Positions 54,713-64,000 of a DNA stretch of 64,000 nt are shown here, piece after piece (within the stretch, counting starts at the first letter, position 1; each line of letters starts with the position of its first letter). This DNA comes from Antedon mediterranea (lineage: Eukaryota > Animalia > Echinodermata). The stretch is from NCBI RefSeq assembly GCF_964355755.1, contig NC_092672.1, forward strand, positions 22,767,237-22,831,236, given 5' to 3'. The position numbers were made by a program, and so were the translations under genes. The notes under the pieces were generated by a model that saw only the letters and a list, made by a program, of their open reading frames with translations, ran no database searches and was not told the origin of the DNA.

Positions 54713-56083
54713 TTATCGGAAATATTCCTCAAGGGCAGGCGGATCTAATTTAAAGGTTTTGGATGTAATGTTGCCATAAAGACACGTGTGAGCATTTGTT
54801 AACAGACAACAAACTACATAGATCTTCCCAATTGCACTTAAGCCTATTTTTTGGGTTTTCTTGAAGTCCACAAATTTCCAATTTTCTATGATATCTCTGA
54901 ATAGCCATTCAACAGACACCCTAGCCTGGCTCATGGATCTGTTAAAATCCTGTTGACCTTGTGTCAAGTTTCCTTTAAAAGGAGCCTGTAAATGGACACG
55001 AAGGGGATAAGCCGGGTCTCCATAAATGCAGAGAGGATCTCCATTTAGCCGTACGGCATAACGTTCTAACTGTTGTAATAAGTTGGATTCTCTTAACATG
55101 AAGGCATCATGGCGACATCCCTCTATTGGTCCGAACAGGTTTGCGATTAGTCCATTTGGCGTGACAACTGACTGAAATTTTAATGAATGTACACGCTTAT
55201 GGCCATTATATACAATTCTTTGGTGTTCACCAGGCCTACAAATTGGACGCACCGTCCCATCCACGAACCCCCAACAATTGTCAATCGCAGCACCAGAATC
55301 ATAGATTGCAGCAGCAAAACGTTCCATATTGCCAGGTGATAGCCAAGGCTGTCGAAAACAATTGCTAAACAGATGCTCGAATCCGTTATATATGTAATTC
55401 AGAGCCATATTCGTTATCATGCAGAGTTGGGGAATGGGCCTGGCAAACATTGGCACCATATCAATGTACCTGCATGGATATGCAAACCTTTTCAGCAAAA
55501 TGCACAAAGTTTCGATGCCAGTAACTTTAAGACCGTTAACACATTTAACATCATCCTCTATCTGTAGAGCTCTCTGCAGTCGATAAATGTCTTCTTTTCG
55601 AAATCTTTAAATAAAATTGAAAGCATGTGTTGTAACTAAACTAAGTTGAATACCTAGCCTAGCCCTAGTAGTATAAATAAGTAGCCTATATTGGCTATAA
55701 ATCATGAATAGGCCTAGGCCTATAATAATATTAAAAATACTGTATTATAGACAGACCAACAATTTATTAAATCAACTTGGTGACAATAAATTAGCCAAAA
55801 AGATTAGCTCATAATTATGCCAGACAATACTACTTTCTCTAAAGCCTACCCTACTGTCTAACTAAGTCTTAGTAATATGATGAATGATTGGCTTGTGGGT
55901 GACTTATCCCCGGACTTACCTGAAAAACGTATTACATTCGTCGTCATTGTAAGATTCCAGATTAAATTTATTGTAATCATTGTACTGAACATTTAAATTA
56001 TTTCTTTTATTAAGATTATATAAAAGCAAATATTCCTCAGGGTCAATTATATCTTCATTTAATGCATCTTGTACGAAAGCCAT
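54713..56083 (-). CDS. Harbinger-type DDE transposase, 351 aa, two exons (56083-55920 and 55604-54713)
   Basis: MAFVQDAL...ECNTFFR|FRKEDIYRL...LLKRFAYPCR; AG|GTAAGT donor, taaAG acceptor; GFVDGTVRPI, YNGHKRVHSLKFQ, YGDPAY, SVEWLF; no stop codons. Confidence 0.9.
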
Positions 56084-59000
56084 GATGATTGTTTACAAAC
56101 ATATCAAGCCGAGCGTGACGCGACGTCGTCGTCCCATCGCGTATCGTAAACGAACTTTTTAAAGTGGACGACAACCAGCTTTTCACGCATCAGCGCGCAC
56201 TGGTAATCCGTCGTCGTCCCTCTCCGTCGTGTTTCGTAAACTCTCTAATACTGTATTATCAGCAAAGGCTTTCATATAGACTCTCTTCTCCCAGACGTTT
56301 TTTGGGTCCAGCAGCTACCTATAAATTATAGTCGAGTTTCCAAATTCACAAAACTGTCAGCCTTAGATACTAAAGCTACCGCTATGAAACAGCTTATTAA
56401 TGAATGTGTCCTCCTGGGACATAGCTGGCTAGAGCCGCGGCGCGAAAATAAACAAATCATCATTAGCATGGTGATGATTGATCCATAGCAATATTTTTAG
56501 TCTATTTAAAAAAATGTTTATTTCTTAAAATTTATTTAGATATACATACACACATAGTAAATTATAGTAAACAAAAAATAAATGGAAATTGTTTAACACT
56601 AAACAACCTACATTAGAGGTGAAATTATACCACTAAGAAACACAAGAAAGCTGAACTTAGACTTATGTTCTACACAACTGTAACAAGTTCAGAGTGTATC
56701 CAGCATTTAACATTATGACATATTTTAGACCACTGACAATGGTGATCACCAGTGCTTCGCAAAGTCTGCAGTTGTACTTTATATCATGTTTTATTCATTC
56801 ATATTTATCTCCATCATCCAACTTTATCAAACAAAACTTTTTTGAGAATAAACATACAGTAGCTATATGTAAGGTTCAACTTTAATAATTTTAAAAAGTT
56901 TAACATTTTCTAACATTAATGTTAAAATATTACTTTTAAAAGAACTTATTATTATAATTTCAATTTTCAGTACAAGCTATTTAACATTTTTTTTTAAATA
57001 TATGCCAAGTTATTGTAGCATAACTTTATATTTTAATCAATGGATGTAAATGACTTTGCATTATATAAATGTATTACAATTGTTTATAAACTCTTCATTG
57101 TTGTAGATTCTATTTCAGTACAACCTTTTTTTAAAACTAATATTGACCTTGGTTCATCCTTGTTTCAGTGTGATGGTCCTACCTTTTCAATAGAATTACA
57201 TTCATGTTCACAGAGTAAATTAAGATTTATCTCCTTTAAAATTAAATTCAATAAAACTATATCCCATAACAATTTTCCTTTGAATAAATAGATGGAATTA
57301 TTCGTAGTTTATTGATTTGATTCAGACCAATTTCATACACATTTAGCAATATTTTTTTCATTTTTTAACTAATAATATGCATAGAAAATGTTTATTTTAC
57401 AACTACAATACCTCATTAAGTAATTCATTTATTTACTTTTTTATGGCTTTAACTAGTTGAATTCTCTCATGGTACCAATATAAAGTCTTAATCGGCAATA
57501 AATTTCTATTAATCATACATTCTAATAATTTTAATATGTTTCATAATTTTTTGGATTTTATTGTGTTACAATAAAGGAAAAATAAACGGTGTGGGAAAAA
57601 ACATTATCAGATGACTAAATATATGTAATATAACGTTTTAATACATTTCTGGTGTTTTTGTGCAACTTCAAATTTTTATTTTTGTGCTATAGTTTAGTAG
57701 TAAACTAAATTTATCTTCCCATTTCCACCCTTTAAGACAGAATAGTCCAACTTCCCTTTCCCTGTAGTAGAGCACCATATCTTATTTTAATAATTTTTAC
57801 GGTTAATTTTTATTTTCTATGAAAGACAAGAGAAATAAATGTTACTTTGATTTGATTTGATTTGATTTGAAGAATGTTAAATAACAGACAAGGGACATAA
57901 AATTGCTTGTCTACATACACTTTATTCACAGTACACATATGGCTGAATGCACATAACAACATTACTATAAGCCCAACAACTGGGAAACCTTTAACACGTG
58001 GCTTACCTTTCATCGGTCATGCTTTTTAACAACCTACCTTAAACCCCTGCGTTAGCGGCTAATGTAACACCAACCCAGCGAATGCTATGCAGTCCAAATA
58101 GATATTTATTGTACCCACATCTTCGTAAAATATCCTTAACAGCGTGAATAGGACATCTTTCTAGCATGTGGCTACTAGTTTATTTCACTGACTAAATAGT
58201 GCTATTGTGGTTCCATGCCTTAGTACTCTCTATATCAGCATGTATAAAGACCCAGGTATCTGTCTCCAACAATAATGTCCAACCACCAATAGTTCTTGAT
58301 AGTTCAAACCCTGAATTATTTAATATTTTAAATAAACTAAAATTTACACTATGTAGTATTTTTGTAAAAAAAATAATAAAATATGCACTAAATGTTGATT
58401 TTTCTTTTACCTAAACCTTGTATTATTTTAGGTAAATACAGAATTTCATTTACAGTATTGTGGTACAAAACTATGGTACAATCAAGTCCTTCTGTTTCTG
58501 AATTATTTCTTGTAACGTTAAATCTTTGATTAGTTTTACACCTTTTCACCTTCTGTCAATTATCAATTATTTAAGAATTACTGACATTCAGTGACTGAAG
58601 TTTCTCCTTCATCTAATGTTCAAGCAGTATTGTTATAATGTTTTTTTTATTGAGAATTGTCCTATAATTTCACACATAAATTAATTATTCCCTGAGATTT
58701 GAAATCAAAATAAAATGTACATTGACTTATTTAATAATTGCCCTGATTTAATGCACAACTATTAATTTAGATTGTATACTGGCTTTTTCTTTTTATCCAA
58801 ATGTACATATGAAAAACATAAGCACTCATTTTGAGGGCTTGTGATGAGTTTAAAATCAAATAACAATATTATCAAGTTAAAGTTCAAAACAATTTTTTTT
58901 GTAATGGTCAAATGAATACAAAACAGAAAATATATTTAGGTAACATTAATTTGTTTAAAAAGTAGCATGAAAATATAAAATAAATTACAGGAATAAAGGT

Positions 59001-61055
59001 AATAACTATACAGGAACCAAAACTTAAAATAAATAAATAAAATCAACAGAAATATAGACAATAGCATATTATTTTATCAGAAAAGTAGTTGGAGAGATAA
59101 TGATTTTCAATTATTATATAAAAGTTTTTCTGATTAGAAACAATGGTTAAATCAAGACTATTCCACTTGTATTTGGGTTAAAACATCAATTTTTTGGTTA
59201 AAATAATTGCCAAATTCTGCAATCCTCCAAAAAACATAGCAAAACTCATTTAAAAAATAATTGCTAAACCTTTCACCCTCGGATTAGAGGGGGCGTAATT
59301 ACCAGCCCAAACAATATTACAGTACTGTGTCAATCAATGAATTCTACTACAAATAGAAATATGTTGTAAATGCAATATTGTGGGCATGCAATGCATGGTG
59401 GTGGGACATTTACTCAAGGAAATAGTAGGAGGAGGGGGAGGGTTGTTTAATCCAAATGATTTTTCATGAGGGAGTTTATTCGTGGGGGATTATTCAAAAG
59501 AGGGTGTTTAATCAAATTGTCATCTATGTACCCAACCAGGTCCTCATCTCTGAAACCTATCAGCACCACAACCACACAGGTTCAGTACATTTTCTAGTAA
59601 AACGACCCAGCGAATTGGCATTTGATATGGAACACAATCTAAAATGTTTGTCACCGAAGTTGAGCTTGAGTGACAGTCGATACTGAAACACACGTGGAAT
59701 TTGATTTAGTGATTTGAATAAAATAAATTTAATTAATTTCAAACAATGACAATTTATTTAATTTATTTAAAAATTGATATTAAAATATAAAGCATTTTTC
59801 ATTTAATCTGGGGATGGCAATGGGGTAAAAAATAAATAATAATTTAAATATAAGCTAGTAAAATAGTTTGTTTAGCAGAATTGCTATTGAAGTTTACTCA
59901 AGTTCTGCTGTTACCACTATTACATTCTTGAATGATTAATTAACACCAAACATGTTGAGTGCTTTCTGCCTTTTTAGCTTGCATACATGTTGCCATTTAG
60001 GTTAATATCAGGTGAATAGTGGCACCACCTGCAGTTGATTAAATGTATCAGTTAAATGTTCTTGATTATAATTTCCAGGGGATAGACCTATAATCATTGA
60101 TACAACTGAAGTATCTTAACCCTTATCTATCTTATCTAGTTTGTTAACTCTTCTCAAAATGAATTAACAAGGTTCTTCTAGATAGTGTAGTGTTTTTTTC
60201 GTTTGTTTTTTTGATAATTTTAGGTCTTGAAATTTAAAAATGAATATTTGGTTGAAAGAAATGAAAAAATGATGAAAATGAGAGCCTCTGTTTAGGCTGT
60301 ACACTTTTATGTATTTAACAGTATAGCTGTAAAACTAAATTTTCATGATAAATGGTTTATTACATTTTATAGACTATTATGGCTAGTATGGCAGCTATTA
60401 ATTATATAAACAGTTTAGTTTTCTAGTAATACCAAACATGTTGGATAATCATTTGACTAATATCAAAAAAAGTTTATTGTTTAATAATATTATGCTTTTA
60501 TAAATAATCATAGTTTTACTAAATAAAATACCAAAAAGTAATTAATTTATTATTTAAAGTATTTATTATTCTAATACACAACAAATTAGTTTTGCTTATT
60601 ATTAGTCTGTGAATCTTTTTAGTTTCTTTGTAAAAATAGTTATTTCTTGTTTATATTGTTTTAAAAGTATTTGTACTAAAAAAATATTAGTTTAATATGT
60701 AGTATTTTTAATGATTTAATTAACACAGTAGGCTGTGAATCATTTTAGTTGTATGCCTAATTACTGTAATAATATCACAAATTGTTCAATATTATCTTAT
60801 AGTTTAAAAAGTATACTAAAATTTAAGAAATTAAGACTCTTTGTACACATTTTGTAGATCATTGATTTTTTATACCATTGCCACCGCATTTTCGTTCTTT
60901 GAAATACCCATGTTTATACTGTTATATACATTAATATTTTTCTTTTTTAGTAAGTGCCCTCTATGTTTTGATATTTTCCAAAAATGTTATAGTGCATGCT
61001 ATTAGTGTGGACATACTATCATAAAACCTCAATATTTCATTTGTTCAAGTTGAGA

Positions 61056-64000
61056 TGTCATACTTTAATTCATCGTTCACATCAGCAGTTGGTTGAATGT
61101 AATGTTTAAATATTATCTACTCAACAAAAATATGTTCCATTTGTATAATGTACAGTAAGCATTAATAAACTTTACATTATTTTTTCTTTGCGTATCTAAA
61201 TACCCTATAAAGTATGAATACACATGTGGTTGATAACCATAATAAAATAAAATATAGATAAATTGGCCAGACAAATTGGTACGCATACTGGCCCACATCT
61301 TTCTGTTTCACTACATTATACTGGTACTGCCAGTAACTGCTGCTGCTAATAACTTGATCAATTCCAATAATTCAGACAACAATGAATACAAAAAAAAATT
61401 TCTTTTACCATAAAAAAGACTTTCTGAGATAACAGTTTTAATTATTGTTCTTTCTTCATTAAATGATATTTTCTAAATTGATATTCTATTTAATAATTTA
61501 AGAAATAAAGATTTATTATCAATTATTTTTGTTTAAAAATCAGTTGTAAACATTTTGTGTAACATAAATATAGTTTGAATTACTATAGACAATAGTACTA
61601 TGCATATTCTGAGTGGCATTACTCCCTAAGGTTGGAGTGACCCACTCATACCCACAAACATTTCAGTGAACAAAACATATATAATTTTCCATGAGCCTTC
61701 ATCGTACAACAGCCGCCGACAAACGTACTCACTAATCAAACAATTCCTCATCTATACACACCCCATTCGGCAAAAATATTTGAACATTATTGGTATACCT
61801 GATAGTATTATACTCGACCTCTACGTTGAAAGCTGCATAGATATCTCATAGACTCTCTGTGTACATACTCAGTTTGAGTTTACAAATTATCATTTAGAAT
61901 TATCATCCCAGACTTGCTTTGAGGTATCCACATGCCCAGTCCATGGAGGTAAAAAATATTTTTTTTTTTACCTCCATTTCTTCTCCATGTTTCCAAATAC
62001 ACATTTTTCAGCCTTAGTAAACATTAAACATTTTTTTCCGCCTTAGTAAAAACTATAAGCTTTCCCATGGTAAATGTTTCCCAATACTTTCGTCCTTTTG
62101 AATATAACTGCCTAAAGGTGTGGCGCGAAAATTATTGTTTACTTTTTGAAAATTAACTTTTTCATTTATTTCATTTACTGAAGTATAAAAAATGATGATG
62201 GGATAAGCATATAATTATGGAACATACAGCACTTTATTTGTTTATTGGTATACTCCTGGTGAGCATGGTCTACTATGAAAGTTTTAGCCTCAGTGAATAT
62301 TATTCACATCCTATACACAATGTATATCATTCCACTGTTTGTATTCAGTGTTCATTAAAATAATATATTAATATTTATTAGCTTGTTATAAAATCATTAG
62401 TTGTAGGATTTATATAGATACTTTTTAGTTCAATCTGTTTTAAATGTCGGTATATATACATGTGAATAAATAATGTTTATTTCTTTGTTATAATTACTGT
62501 ATAATGATTTATTTCCAGTGATTTTTTTTATATCTTTGAATTAAAAAGAATAACAATTTTTATGAATTTGTTTTAATATAAATTTTATTAATTTTTTGTA
62601 AGTCAATTCAATAAGTATATAATATAACACAAATAATAAAGATCTTAAATTCTATTAAACTGTATAAATGTTAAGTTTGCATTTCTTATGTACTGTATTG
62701 ATTTTCAGATTCAATATTTTTCACATTGATATGATTTGTCACCCATTTTTATTCTCTGACAGGCTTGAGCTATCCAGGGAGGTATAAAAATGGTCATGGT
62801 GTTTCTATAACCTGTCCATTTGATCTAACAACTTTAAAAAATGAAACAAATATGGTTCAAAAAGATGTCTACAATTAAATTGTCCATCTTCTTTTTTATC
62901 AGTTTCAATTCAAGATTAACATTGTTACAATCAATATTTAGACTAATATGCTACACTTGCTAGAACTTGCTAAACTCAACCACCACACCATAGAGCAATG
63001 AACTATTTCTTTGCTCAATTAACATAATGAAGTTACTTAAACATGCCCCTGAAAGTAAAAGTTTGTATGCCAAACCTTAGATAATTTAATATTTAAAAAA
63101 ATTTATATAAATAAAACTAAAATGTGATTGATAATTTAAATACCAGCAACAACATTTTGACATTAAAATTGAAATAATACAAAATTGTATAAAAGTATAT
63201 AACATAATTATCATATTAATAAAAAATTGTATACAAAAGTAGAAATCAAATTCAGAAAACTAATTTGACTTGGTTCATTGCGTATGATTATGCAGTAAAT
63301 AGTTGCAAATTGATTTTTGTAAAGTAACCCTCTGTATAAATTACATAACAAATGAATATGTGTACTGTAAGATATAACCAATATTGTATGTATTTCATAT
63401 TATAGAATGGTTCGACAGCTTTGCATTATGCAGCAGCCTCTGGAGAAACAGACTGTTGCAGCCTGCTGGTGAATGCAGGAGCAGGTGTCAATGTATCAAA
63501 CAAAGTAAGTCATCTTCATTATTATTCATTGTCATTTTTAAATATATAACATTTTATATTTTAAACATAATGATATTTTGGGTAATAATATTTAATGTAT
63601 AAAACTTCATTGATGCTGAAATTGGCATAATTTGAAGTTATTCAATATATTTTTTTTTTTATATTTAGTCATAAAAATTGCTATGACACTACATTAACAT
63701 TTTGTCATGTATTTCCATTGAACAATTAAAACAATGAAAATGATAGTGTCAATTTTACTTAACTAAACTACAGCAACATTCTATATGCACAATTGCAATA
63801 TATCATCCTTATTCCAGTGTTGATATACAGTAATTTAAACAGTATTATGAACACTACAACTTCACAAAATTTCAATTTTTCTTTAGATCATTATGATTTT
63901 GTATATCTTAAAAGTTCATTTTTTAACAATATTTTTTAATAACTTTTGAAACACTATGATTCTACCTATATATCACATAGAGGTACAAATGATCAAAGAT
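61056..64000 (+). repeat. Segmental duplicate copy B (runs past the window end)
   Basis: Colinear with 39909-41882 plus 47619-48624; the last 64 nt match 48561-48624 at 63 of 64 positions. Confidence 0.93.
63406..63504 (+). CDS. Gene 2 ankyrin-repeat exon D
   Basis: tatAG|...|GTAAGT, 99 bp, phase 0; NGSTALHYAAASGETDCCSLLVNAGAGVNVSNK. Confidence 0.93.

Larger units (their letters stand above)
52424..56246. mobile_element. PHIS-superfamily (Harbinger-like, probably Pangu-type) DNA transposon, 3.8 kb
   Basis: TIR agagagtttacgaaacacgacgg / ccgtcgtgtttcgtaaactctct (1 mismatch); AAT target-site duplication; two convergent genes. Confidence 0.93.

Noticed and set aside
57990-58270. GC-richer stretch with CPIHAV on the minus strand, possibly a tyrosine-recombinase remnant
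   Set aside because: Too short and degraded to support a call

Overview
AT-rich, intron-rich eukaryotic DNA from a marine invertebrate; the repeat families and the Deu/Nin-domain SINE suggest a deuterostome such as an echinoderm (inference). The window holds (i) the 3' end of a + strand gene (45-3831) with COR-like (ROCO-type) exons and two tandem phase-1 death-domain exons; (ii) a satellite-rich intergenic stretch; (iii) the 5' part of a second + strand gene (ATG 18981) in which each ankyrin repeat is its own 99-bp phase-0 exon (22334, 29553, 48077, 63406), separated by 7-18 kb introns full of mobile DNA. That mobile DNA includes a Penelope-like element with a hammerhead ribozyme and a nested SINE, a PHIS/Harbinger-type element with an intact spliced transposase, Helentron-type HINEs, a Helitron carrying a tRNA, and MITEs. 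The main signal is that the last two ankyrin exons sit in duplicated blocks (39909-48624 vs 61056-64000). Their distal introns are 95-98% identical in the segments counted, while the exons are only 64% identical, with multi-base codon changes concentrated on the ankyrin binding surface. This suggests an exon-cassette diversification system in a candidate innate-immune ANK(-ROC-COR-death) receptor cluster. All splice models and alignments were made by eye; no database searches were run.
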